Below, in pieces: positions 37,601 to 49,100 of a stretch of 64,000 nucleotides of DNA. The notes beneath the pieces were generated by a model, which was given only the letters and a program-made list of their open reading frames with translations, searched no databases and had not been told where the DNA came from. The stretch's first letter is position 1; every line of letters begins with the position of its first letter. Source of the stretch: Klebsormidium nitens (lineage: Eukaryota; Plantae; Klebsormidiophyceae); NCBI GenBank assembly GCA_000708835.1, contig DF237287.1:1-64000 (forward strand), in the 5' to 3' direction. Made by a program: the position numbers and the translations under genes.

Positions 37601-39395
37601 GACGGCCGTAAATAGGAAGCACTTCCAACGTTCAAACTGTTCTGGCTTCCCATCTTCGTCCCACTTCTTCGCAGGTATGTCAAGGCCAAGTGTCGACTCT
37701 GCAAGACGGTCCCGGTGCAACCCGTCCTTTGCCTCGTGTGCGGCGCCTTCCTCTGCGGCCACTCCCGCAAGGCCTGCTGCAGGTGAGATAGCGTGACGCG
37801 CGCTGGAACTCGCTTACAACAGCTGTGACATCACTTCGTTCTTCCTTTCGTTTTCGCGCGAGGTCTGCCTGCGCTGTCGGGAGGGATCAGTGACTGCCTC
37901 GGCGCTCGAGTTTGTTGAGCGAATTTAAGATGTGACCGGCTTTGTAATTGGGGGTCTTTTGCCGCCATGGATTGCGGCGATCTAAACCTCGTCGCAAGGC
38001 TGCGTAGAGAGCTCCTGCTGCGCTTGAGGTAGGAGCTGTAAGCTCCTGAGGGTGCGTTTAATACCTAGACACAGCTGTCGCTTCGTGGATCGTATTGACA
38101 ATTCCGTCCTCCCACTTTCATCCGCTCCCGAAAAGAGAAGGACAGGCGCTCAGATGAAAGTAACCTCTCTCTCTCTCTCGGCGACAGTATTCTCTATGAA
38201 GCAAAGCTTCCTATTTCTATACGAGTTCACGAGAGCTTAGACTTTGCTTCAGCACCCGCCGAGGTGCTCTCCGTCAAACCTGGTAACGGTCCTCTGCCTT
38301 GCAGTGTCAAACAAGGCACTTTGCTTCTGAGGGCGCCCTCTTGACACCACGTCTGTTTCTGCAGAGTGGACAACCGCGGGGAGTGCTACCGCCACGCCTC
38401 CGAGTGCGGGGTTGGTGTCGGCGTCTTCCTTTTCCTGCGCCGGACGACCATTACGCTGCTGAGGAACGGTCGCCAAACCGTCTGGCTCTCGCCATACCTA
38501 GATGCACATGGCGAGGAGGTACGCTCTTATCTCATCCTAGTTCTGCCCTCTCGTAGCAAATAACTGTGTTTCAGGGACCTCTCCTTTTTTCTCCCTTGTT
38601 TCGATCCTTCTCAGGAACACACCTCCTCCCTCTTGATTTTACTCCCCTGTTCGGTGAGTTGCCCACGATCCCAATTACCTCCCAAAGTGAAATGCGGAGC
38701 ATGTGCGCCAAAGCTGGTTACCCAATATATACTTTGCGTGTGCATCATTGCTGCATCGGATGCGTCAACCCTGAAAGAGCTATCTACATCCGAACGAGCG
38801 GTCGAGATCGATCGCTATGAACTGTGTGTGGCCTTAGTATCTGGCGCGATCTTGAGTATCAATGCAGACGCCTTCAACAGTAGGTTACAGATGCCAAGGC
38901 GACGGAGCAGCGCATGAACTTGTACTCATAGCCAAGCTTTCCATGACATATTGAATACTTTAAAAAGCGCGAAAAGACCGGAGAAGGTGAAAGTTGCCTC
39001 TTGGAAACAAACTTCAACGCCGAGGTTTGATTGTTGAGAGCTCTTGCGGTCATCTTCCACTCTTGGACCAACTCAATGTTCTTTGAACACCTGAGATACG
39101 CGGGCCCAAAGTTGCACACCCGCCCAGGTTGTCAACCTTGTTTTTCAACGGTGAACTCCTGTCTGGTCAAAATGTTATTGCTGATTCTCATGAAATTCTG
39201 GAAAAACGTATTCGAGTTTTCTCTCATGTCCGCGCAATGCCACCGCAGGATATCGACCTAAGACGCGGCAAGCCCTTGTTCCTAAGTGAGGAGCGCTACA
39301 ACGCACTGACGGAAATGGTGGCATCCATGGGGATGGATCACGACTCTCAGGTTCTTGCTCGGACTGTAAGAAGGCTCCCACAGGCCATTGAGTAG
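25679..39395 (+). CDS. PRT6: PRT6/UBR1-type N-degron E3 ubiquitin ligase (UBR box, split RING-H2, C-terminal domain), at least 14 exons; first exon not identified
   Basis: Exons 25679-26533, 27069-27266, 27690-28973, 29446-29672, 30107-30339, 30569-31998 (frame break near 31565), 32795-33952 (contains N gap), 34335-35363, 35812-36016, 36469-36959, 37675-37782, 38365-38518, 39249-39395, plus an unidentified first exon. UBR box CGAQW...YRCRDCELDPTCAVCASCF...CCDCGDPTAW...FCPNH; QIRAGMWRRNG; RING CVLC...CGHAIHAKC...CPVCRRLAN; C-terminal SPYLDAHGEEDIDLRRGKPLFL. Confidence 0.93.
29295..29533 (+). repeat. Degenerate intronic copy of the start of a PRT6 exon
   Basis: 29295-29371 (cccagATCCGTGCCGGCATGTAGCACCGCAACGG...) vs 29457-29533 (CCAGATTCGTGCCGGCATGTGGCGCCGCAACGG...). 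Confidence 0.85.
33086..33255. other. Assembly gap (170 N) inside a PRT6 exon
   Basis: Run of n. The reading frames on either side differ, so the gap length is an estimate. Confidence 1.
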
Positions 39396-40669
39396 AGCAA
39401 GTATCTGCTTGGTAGACTGCGGACTTGGGGAAGATCAGGATAGCATTATCTGAGAATCAGCGTTTCTGAGCTGGTAGGTGAACAGATATATAGGAGTGCT
39501 TGTAAGCCGGCCACACAAGTACACACGAGTGTGGTAAAGTTTGTACATATTATCAAAGTACGTGCACTCCTCCTGAACCGTGTCAAGGTTCTACAATCAG
39601 ACCTTTCAAGAATGCTGTGGATAGGACACAGTGTATCGTACACTAGAAGCACTTAGGCACGCGGTCTCCCGGCAAAATAGTACGGTTCCTTGACCCAATA
39701 ATGTATATGTACGTTGCAAAGAAACGTAATATGACACACGTACATGTGCAATTATAACAGTCGTCGGACGTTCGTGTATGATCGTTGCGTTATAACCACA
39801 GTGTAAGTATAGAGATCTATAAATCTTTGCATGCCAGCGCGCGAGCCGGCGGCCGCCCGCCCCGGGGCTTAGAGTATTGCGCCATTGCATGTCAGCATCA
39901 TGGCGCATCCGGGTCAATTGCAATGCCAGACTGAGCTAGCTTATAATTACATAGTTGATGTGCGGCTTGTCACTATAGCTCACTCAGTGCCGGCCAGTGA
40001 GTACTGCACAGAAGCGGCTGGGCCGCCTGCATTCTATAGCACCGTCGCTATAATTGATGAGCCATGCACTCAGCTCTTAAATGTACTCAGTGAGAATCTA
40101 CAGCTTATAAGCTGGTCGATCACATTTTGTCACATACTCACAGTACGCCGGACTCGTCTATCTATTGACGCGGAATCTATCTATTGACGGTCGCCGAGTC
40201 GAGAGCTGCCCATGCGCCGATATTTCAAACAGCTAGATGGGGCCGCGCGTGATTACGCGATGGCAACTATATTGTCACATGCAGCATGACACACATCCGG
40301 CATGTACTAGAGCACTCGGTGAAGCAGAGCAGCCTCGTGGAGCACAAGGAAGTGCAACTAGGATCTGTCGAACTACTGCTTGGACTGCAACTCAATCATC
40401 TTACAAGGACGGGGCGATCGTTTCGCCGGTGCACACAAGGAATGATTAAACCGAACAGAGTCGATTCAAGGACGCTAGATTGATGTCGACAAGGTGAACC
40501 TTCTGGCCGACAATCCGATCAGACGTTGCAGTTGAGATGTCACAAGGGTCAGAGCAAATGCAGATTAGAGTCAACTCCTGTCTCAACGACATGATCAATC
40601 GAGGTCAGCGACCGCTTGTACCGTTCAATGGGCACCTGTCCCAACACCGCGAGCTGTTTCCAGCCCCTG

Positions 40670-43344
40670 CTATGAATCTTGCAAAAAGAGTCTAGTGCAC
40701 TGTTCTCTTGTGTCAGCAGGGCTGGTTACTGCAAGGCGTGAAGAAGACAGCGAAGTCAACCCCTGCCTGATGTTCAGACAGAAAGCTCAACACCTCTGCA
40801 TCAAGGACAGAAGGCAGCGCAAATTCCTTAGCGGTTGGTGACATGCTCGAGGTTTTCAGCATACAATAAACGTTGAATCTAAAGATGCATACCTGTGTGG
40901 CCGTCAGTCTTTTCGGAGGAGAAGATCTCGTAGTCATTGCCTCCCTGCCACAAGAACGTTTGCAAAATTTTAAGGCTGTCATGTGAAGTCAGGAAAGCCT
41001 TCCGAAGCGCGCGGACTTCAAGTGACAAGAAGAGCTCGCAAACGGATGAGGGAGTAATTGGACGATTCGGTCGGAGACACCCGTACAGAACAGAAACAGA
41101 CTAAATTCCGCCTCTATTGCCTCACTGCAATACCTCTTTTGGTCCAGAGGAGAATCATGACTGCATTAATCGAAGGTCCTCAGACGGAATCGACCAAGTG
41201 CCGGAATTCTTACCTTGTATGTTTTGTCGCCAAAGAAGTGAATCTCTTTGAACTCCTTCTCAACAAACTGCAGGCAGTAGGTCTTGTCCCAACCTTGAGG
41301 AAACACCTGCATAAGGATACACCCGACATAAAAAGGGGCAACTTCGGAAGCCTAGTGAAACAACCAAGTTGCTTCGACAAGACATCTGTGCTTTTACCGT
41401 ACTAGTACAGCCAGTGAAAGAGAAACTCACGTCAAAGCTGATCTGGCCTCCAATCGAGTACGTCAAGTTCAGGTGGACAAACTTCTCCCGCAGGATGTCA
41501 ACCAGCTTAGCTCTCACGTTGTGCACCTGGAACAAAAGAAAACCAGCTGAGTTTAGAAACTGTTGCAGTCACCCACTGTGATTGTGTTCGTTCAGATCAA
41601 CAGTTTGAAGCTTCATGCTTCGTTGATTGTGGTCCACAAAAATGCCAACAACTGATATGGATGAATCTGAAGAGGAATCCTGTTTATTACTATTTGGAGG
41701 TGCAAGTTCAAAGGCCTTTCGTACTGGGGCTTTGCTTGGGACCTTATACCAACTGGAGCAGATGTGTATATGAGCAATCTCAGCTTGTCTCTTTGAGTGC
41801 ACCGTATCAACCGACCTTGTCATACTTCTCAAAGTCGTCGCGCTCCTCTTGGCTGCAGTTGCGTCCAATCGGTGAGACATTTATCATACCAGTGCGGAAC
41901 TCAATGAATGTTCCCCTGCACAGAAGGAGGGCACAGATTAACGTCTGGATGATGAATCATTGGAATAATTTTGCTTGACTGCACAAGACTCTGAGTAGGA
42001 TTGAGGATCGTGGAGCCAGCTCATTTGGAACAGCATCAGCTGAGCATGAGTTGAGCTCTCATGTACCTCACCTCTTGATAGGGATGTCCAGGTCAGCGAT
42101 GTAGTGCAGCACAAAGTTGATGAATTCCTGCAAAGACGAGTTTGCTAGTCTTTGCGGTTTGCATCGGTCACATTGCCTGAGACACTCACAAGAGACTTAC
42201 CAGACACTTGTCTTGTAATCAACAGGTAGGGCTGAAAGGTTGGGTGCCTTGAAACCGCTGAGCCTGAACTACCAGACCTAATGCGAAGCTGCAAATCTGG
42301 TTTCACTCTGCACAGTTGTTGCAAGTTGCAAAAACTTTACACAGCTCAAAGTCCATTTTGATCCTAAGCGCTTACCTTCAACTTGTCGTCTCCCAAGTGC
42401 TTCTTGAGACTCTGCATACAGAATTGACGTCAGGAGGGGTGATAATGCGAGCGGGACTTACACATATAGCTCAGTGGACAGGATGGACATAAAGGCTTGC
42501 TGTAGCCTTGATTGATGCATTTTTGAGTGTCATCAGAGCAACTTGTGCTTGCTGTCCTATGAACGACGAGTCTCACCATCTCCGCAAACTTGGTCCCATC
42601 CTTGAACGCCACCAGTCCATTTTCAGCAAAGACGTAGTCAAAGTCCGTCAAGGCTGTAATTGAGGAAGAAATCAGGAATGTGAGGTGACAGACAAAGGAT
42701 CAGTTGGCCGATAAGAAGCTTCTCGTTACGCTCCAAATTAAAGTGTCAGCAGACATAGACAGGATGCAACGAAGGGAACGGTTGAAGTGAAGTGACTGTG
42801 AAGTGACTTACTTGTTCTGCCAAGCTGCTCGCTGATCTTGACCAAGTCTGATCCTCCCACAACACCAACGGTGACATGCTGGTCACAGAACGGCACTTGG
42901 ATTAGATGCTCCACACAATGTCCTACTAGAAGGCACATGCTCAACATGGCCGACAGGCTGTGGCAGATTTGTGCATCGCAGTGGTATAGCAGCCAGCTTA
43001 AAGGGATGCCTCAACTCAGAAGACTGTCCAATGAATGCTGAGCTATTTGACAATCATCCGAATTTGGCTTGTCAAGTCCCCACCTTGCGCAGCTCCTTGA
43101 TGAAGTCAAGCGTCTCAACAGAAGCAACCTGGGGAGAAGGTTTGCAGGAGTCAGAAAAAGTACTAGAGATCTATCATCAGCGGGATAAATTCAGCATTCC
43201 TTCCTTCTTTCCTCAAAGAGGATTGCAAAGCGAAGCTGATGAATCTCGAATGACTTGCAAATGAGACAACAACCTCACCTTCCTTGGATCTGTCAAGGTG
43301 CCATCAACATCAAATAAGGCCAACACACCCTCCTTTTTCACCAT
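40670..43344 (-). CDS. PMM: Eukaryotic phosphomannomutase (HAD IIB), 11 exons, 248 aa
   Basis: Exons 43344-43279, 43128-43084, 42878-42812, 42653-42577, 42411-42376, 42127-42072, 41915-41816, 41526-41431, 41306-41214, 40944-40893, 40728-40670 (747 nt). Motifs [87 protein letters not shown]. Confidence 0.97.
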
Positions 43345-43761
43345 GGTGAAAGCGTTGTGGAGAAAGGAAGGAAGTGGCAGAGCTCTGTCAAACGTCGGTG
43401 AAGCTTATTGAGATCGAATCAGCGAGGCTGCTCAGATCGTGCTAAGTAAGCAGGAATCTTGAAGGCTCTGATAGCATTCGACAGCGCCTGACGCATCAGG
43501 CTCGTGAGAAGACGGCTGGAAGGAACGAAAGTGACTTTGCAATGCGAAATGGCCGGAAGGGAGGGGGAATTCTTCGGCTTCAAGTTTCAACCCTGCCAGC
43601 TAGTGCGAGAAACAAACTAGCTGCGGCTGAGGTCGCGATCGGGATCAGGGCCTTTTGTAAAAGGATGTGAAGGGTTGCAATCCAGTAGACGTCTCACTTT
43701 AATTCTGAACGGTCTCGATCTCCCGTGATCGACTTCAATCAAGGATGAATCAAATCGAAGG

Positions 43762-43796
43762 TTCAAGTTTCAAGTTTCAAGTTTCAAGTTTCAAGT
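43762..43796. repeat. (TTCAAGT)5 perfect tandem repeat
   Basis: Five exact 7-mers, ending 9 bp before the left TIR at 43806. Confidence 0.95.
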
Positions 43797-43805
43797 TGGA
43801 ACGAC

Positions 43806-44162
43806 GTAGGTATGTAACTTCACTAGTTTCAACTGCGACGTCATCATAGTTAAGGGCCTGCCAAACCTAAAACCCTAAGGTCAAACTGAGAGCAGGAACC
43901 GGGTTTTGACGATACCCTAAGGCGTTCCGCCATAGCCCGCCCGTACCCACCCTAACCCCCCAACTAACCCTACCAAGATCAGTCGGTTGCCCTCTAGTAA
44001 CCCTAACATCCCCCGAGCACTCCGTCACCCTGCAATCGAGTGCCTGCACGGTACCGACCATTTTCGACACGGTAGCGTACCGCCGCATTGTTCACCGTAG
44101 GTACCGGTGATGTCATGCCTACGTCTACGTTGCAGTTGAAAATAGTGAAATTACATACCTAC
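43806..44162. mobile_element. MITE-like element with 36-bp terminal inverted repeats
   Basis: gtaggtatgtaacttcactagtttcaactgcgacgt (43806-43841) is the reverse complement of 44127-44162 at 33/36. The interior has no long ORF and is rich in ccctaa motifs. No clear target-site duplication. Confidence 0.7.
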
Positions 44163-44241
44163 TCTACTAGTACTGGTTGGAACAGTACGTTCAGATGTCT
44201 ACAGGACCAGAAACTTGAAAGGACGCTCTGGTAGGTAGCTC

Positions 44242-45387
44242 ATGCTCATGCTCATGCTTGATTGTCAAGAACTTGAAGCTCCTGACAGTGAGATCAGATT
44301 TCTGAACGCTACTCCGCTGGAAGCAATGCCCAGTCAGGGACCAAACCACCCTCATGGCCAACCCTGGCTGTCTGCACACATGGGCAAGCCACACAGGAAG
44401 GAGGCTGCAGCCAATACTGTAAAGAGTGAGCTGCTAAAACATCCGCCCCGTCAAGAGACGTTGCAACAAGAGCTGGAGAGGGAAGCCAGAGTCGAAGCGC
44501 ACACGAATGAGCAGATTGCGAAGCTGGAAGATATAGTCAGCAACGAACGAAGAGAGAGGGTGAGAATGCATTTCAATTCTGTGAAGCACACAGATCAACT
44601 TCCATGGATGCTAAGTAGCAGGCAATTGACAGAGAATGTCTGCAGGCATTCATAAAGATACCATCCAAGTACACAGAATGGTGACCATCGGATGCTTGAG
44701 CCATCTGTATTATTTGTTATGCCCCTCATTCAGGACAATTCCTAAGTATGAGTGTCATGCTTCAAAAACTAATAGCTAGGCGAGCAATGTAGTTTCTCCA
44801 ACAAAATATTAGCCCCTATGAAATCAACTTTAGCGTTCTGGTAGCTGTTGAACTGTCCAGCTGAGGGGGTTTCTCATCAGTCTCTAAAAGTTTGTTAAAT
44901 GGCCCACCATTTGCCCCCAGGACCATCAGCTTCCCTTTACCATCGGCATTGAGAATGTGTGCACCTTGTGCACTAGCTATCAGCGAAGAGTCTATTTGCT
45001 ATTGAAAATGACATTGATGATTTACTCTGCAGGCTGATCGAAGGGCAAAATTGAAGGAAACTGGCCCAGTCCCTGCAATCAAACAGGCTCTTGCACGGGG
45101 TGAAAGTAAGTGAGGAGTTTAACTTGTACACCATGGAAGATTGATGCCAACCCAAAATACGAACACTGATTGAAGGTGGCTACACGCTGCGTGCTGGCTC
45201 CCGCAGCAATCCTGGAACGGCTGCGCAATAGTGACATGGTTAAACTGTACATATCAGGGTCCTTCTGCTTCAGTGGTCACGCTGCAGAGTAAGAAAACCT
45301 GTTGCAAGCCTTGTAGCTCCTCCAGACTCCATGTGTTTGAAGGTAGGAAGTAAGCTATTGACATCAGGCATTCGCCGCGTCAGCTGA
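44242..45387 (+). CDS. Small hypothetical charged/coiled-coil protein (tentative 3 exons)
   Basis: 44242-44559 (donor AGG|GTGAGA), 45033-45105 (ADRRAKLKETGPVPAIKQALARGE, donor A|GTAAG) and 45368-45387 splice in phase. No recognisable family. Confidence 0.38.
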
Positions 45388-46179
45388 TGCCTGAAGAATA
45401 CAGACAGAAGGACTGTGTACAATGTGTCATGTATAGTATCGGTCTTTTACGAGTTACAAGAATCTGACTTGATCATATGAGGGCCCTTGGAGAAGATGTT
45501 TGCATAGTACGAACTCTCGAGCTGCGTTGAAGATCCGTGAATCATTCTGGTCATCTTGATGAACAATGACTAATACTAGGTATGGTCGGAGATCATGTCG
45601 CTTGGGACTGTCACTGTGCACCACATCATGACAATTGATATGGCGGGGCCGATCAGGCCCCTATATGAGGCGCATGCCGCCAGACTATCGATGATCCTGC
45701 ATGTGTTTAAAGCAACGATCGATATGCTCAAGTTGAACCAAGCACGCGTGAAAGCATTTGGCGCGTTCCATGGTCATGCTCAAAAATGGAAATCCGCAAT
45801 AATGATCATGTGCACTCAAAGCACCGTCACGATATTGTGCGCATGGCCAGCACGTATGGACTCATGTACACCTTCGCGATGTTCAATTCTAGATGGACCA
45901 TGCAAAAAAGTAAAACATATACTATCTCTTCAAGACGTGGGCCCGATGCATTCCTATGCAACAACATTGTTTCGTAACATAGCATCAACTGAGCTTGAAC
46001 GGGGCTTGAACCGCGCTAAATTCTATCAGGACTGGATAGGAAGAGATTGCTGAGCAAATGATATAGTCAACTTAAGCAAGTTCCTCGAACGAGTATTGTC
46101 GTGAATGAGAGTCGGACATTGCGCCCGAGCCTCAGGGCCATCTAACAAAACTCAATCAACATTGGTCTGCATGCCTAAG

Positions 46180-49100
46180 TTACTCTACTCTCGACTTTTT
46201 CGAAAAATTCGGGTTCTCGTGGGACTCGACGTCGCTACTTTTATCAGATGAGCATTGCATATGCATTGTATCCTGTTGACTGTAGCCCACATCGTCAGGC
46301 AGAGTGAAACTAACGCAGAGCATTGTCTGCGATGCACAAGACGATACCGCGTCAGGCTTGCTATGATGCAGCAACTGTTGCTCTTAGCGAGCACAAAGAG
46401 ATCAGACGGGAAAAGCAACCAGGTCTGCCGCGCAAGTTGTGCTGACGTCACGAGCGGGTCTGGATAGCGGATCTCAAAGGCCCCTAGTTTTTACTCCAGA
46501 GGCAGCCCATGACCGACCCTGCAACCACTACCGGTCCCATACCTTCTAGAGGACGAGAAACGGAAAACTGAAACGAGAACAGACCAGAAAATGTGTTCCT
46601 GGACTGGCTAGAGTCGCTGACACCATGAGTGACACAACTTCATGAAACAGAGCGACGTTACGCTGAAGGACATCAGAAAGAGACAAGCGGTCTCACCTTA
46701 TTCGGGGCCACATCACGAACGTTCCAAACGACTGGCTTAGGGATCGCCCCTCCCAACGCCTCCTCAGCGCGCTGCAAGGATGGCACAGCAACTTTCAGGA
46801 CGGGCTTGTTATAAAGTTGGAAGCTTCGTCATCGTTCCAAAAGCTGCTGTGGTGTCGCAACCGCCAAGGGGAAGGTGCAGTAGAGTCTCGGTGTGGTCGC
46901 GGGGAAATGGAGGCCGGTGTCGTCAGATAGTCAGAAAGCTCAGAAAGCGGAGTTTCATCTTTTTTGCAAAGCTTATGCAATCAACATTTCAAAAGGGACC
47001 CACTTTGAAGAGCCCTAGATCGTCTCGCACTCTCAATTGGCGGCTTTGAAAACAAAGAAGCGCACCACCTATCCAGGTTAGCGCCCGAGCACAGCCGCGA
47101 GCAGTGGCGAAAGACAGGTGGAGAAAGCAATAACGTACCCTGATGACGTCAGCGTCCGTTTCATCCGCCCTGGCGAAGCAGTAGCAGTGGATGCGCGGCA
47201 GGGGGAGGCGCCAGCTGGCGCGGTCGAACAGGCCGTTGAACACGTCTGCAAAGAGGCGTGGAAAGGAGCAGAAAACGATTAGTACCGCACCTTTCGGAAG
47301 ACTTGGCCGCCTCGACCAACTTCGTGCTCTGCTGAGATTCGAATTCTGAGCCGTCCGATGGCGAGATTTGTCGGCATCGACGGCCCGAGTCTGCAACCGT
47401 CCAGATCAGGAGTGAACCTCCCAACTTCGGACAATCGAAGCTTCTTCTCCGGGGGTTTGCAAGCGAGAGGTTCAGTTGGCTGCACATTCGATCATTTTCT
47501 GACCGTTCAAGAACTCCGTGAGGTGAAGCGTTTTAGGATCAGATTAGAAGCTTGCAGCGCCCTTGCTGCCTGAAAAGCAACTGTAGAAGGACCACAGCAG
47601 TGTGAGGGCTTTTGTCCTTTCTTTCCGCTTCTTCGTTATCGCAGGAAAACGAACACAAGGATCGGCGGCGGGGCTAACTATATGGACTGACAGACAGCAA
47701 TCTCGCAGCCTCGTCAACAGCGTCCAGTCTCGCCGAGCTTATCAGTCACGAACCACGATTTTGAGCACAGGAAATTTGCGAGTCCATCGAGCGGAAGTTT
47801 GCCCTTTCCACTCACCCAGAAACTCGATTCCCGACGCCGGCAGGTTCATGACCACGTGGTCGATTTTCCGGGGCGTCTCCGGCACCGGCTCTTTGGGCGG
47901 CCGCACCGCCGCCGCCTTCCCGCCCTTTCCAACTTTTCCCCCGGGGGGCACGCTCCCGCTGCCACCTGATGCGTTTTGCCCCGCCCCTCCGGTGCTCGGA
48001 AGCACCCCCCCAGGCCCACTACTGCTCCCCACCTCCCGCGAAAGCCTGCTCGCGGTGCCAGCTTCAAGTGTTCCGTTTGGACCTTCCCCGGAGGTTCGAG
48101 ATTCCGTTCCCCCAGCCGGAAACCCCTGCGCCCGCTCCGTGGTTGTTTCTGTTGCGGAAGCGGGCCCCACATTGTCTTGTCGGTAAGTGGCAAGCCCCAA
48201 CCCTTGGTCCGAAATTTGCTGCCCTGCTTGACTGCTCTCGGCGGCACTTGCCTGACTATTGAACTTCTGACCATCTACAGGGGGGCTGTTTGACGGCGGG
48301 TGGAGGGGAGGTGGCTGAGACTCCGCCGGACGGACGAGCGACCGGACAAATTCGCGGGCGTCCAAAGTGGAGACGCGGATACGGTGTGCGACCTACAAGC
48401 AGAAACGGAGCTTTTCGGGGCCGGCACTGGGGCACGCCTCGCATCAGCACCCCATCCTGATCGCAACTCCTAGCCTTTAGAGGAGCGCTATTGCGGGGGT
48501 ATGAAACGGTAGGCACTCGTATCTCTAGTGCCTGTGAATCTCTCTAGTGCCGGTGAGTCACTTCCAGGAAAAAACTGTCTTTCAATAAGGGAGGCGGTGA
48601 GAAGATTGCTGAAACCGTAGGCACCGGTTTGCATGGAACTACCACGTTCAGCTCATTCTTTGCCAGGCAGCGCAGCGATCGAAGTCACCACAGTCAAACG
48701 GCCGTCCTATTTTCTTCAACTCACGTCTTTTAACACGGTGTAGAACGACCCAAAATGGTATCGAAGCAAGAGATGCCTTCTGTGCAGAGTCGCCTGACCT
48801 TGTTGAGCTTGGAGTTGATAGCGAGATAGTGGGTGCTCTGCGGGTTGAGGTCGTTGGCGTAAACGGCGCAGCCCTTGAGCGCCGCAGGGATGGCGAACGG
48901 CCCAATCCCGGCAAACATGTCGCCTGTAGATCAGGCGTCTTTGGCCGTTAAACCATGGATGGTTAGGGGCTGGTCAAGAAGTGGTTGTATGTCCAATAAA
49001 TAGACTTGGGCAATAAGCAGCCTTGGAGCAAGGTTAGACACTGGATATCCAACTAATAAACTGAAATCAAGTCTGGTACACAGCCTGGTTAGCGGCCAAT

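Noticed and set aside
40157-40189. 14-bp direct repeat tctatctattgacg x2 in the PRT6/PMM convergent spacer
   Set aside because: Too short and isolated to assign to an element or function.
44860-44890. Minus-strand CTGATGAGAAAC resembling a hammerhead ribozyme core
   Set aside because: No helix II between CTGATGA and GAAA and no pairing arms. A similar hit at 784-800 fails for the same reason.
45595-46053. 152-aa ORF between the 44242 candidate and the TRM5 3' end
   Set aside because: No recognisable domain, no splice support and atypical composition; probably non-coding.
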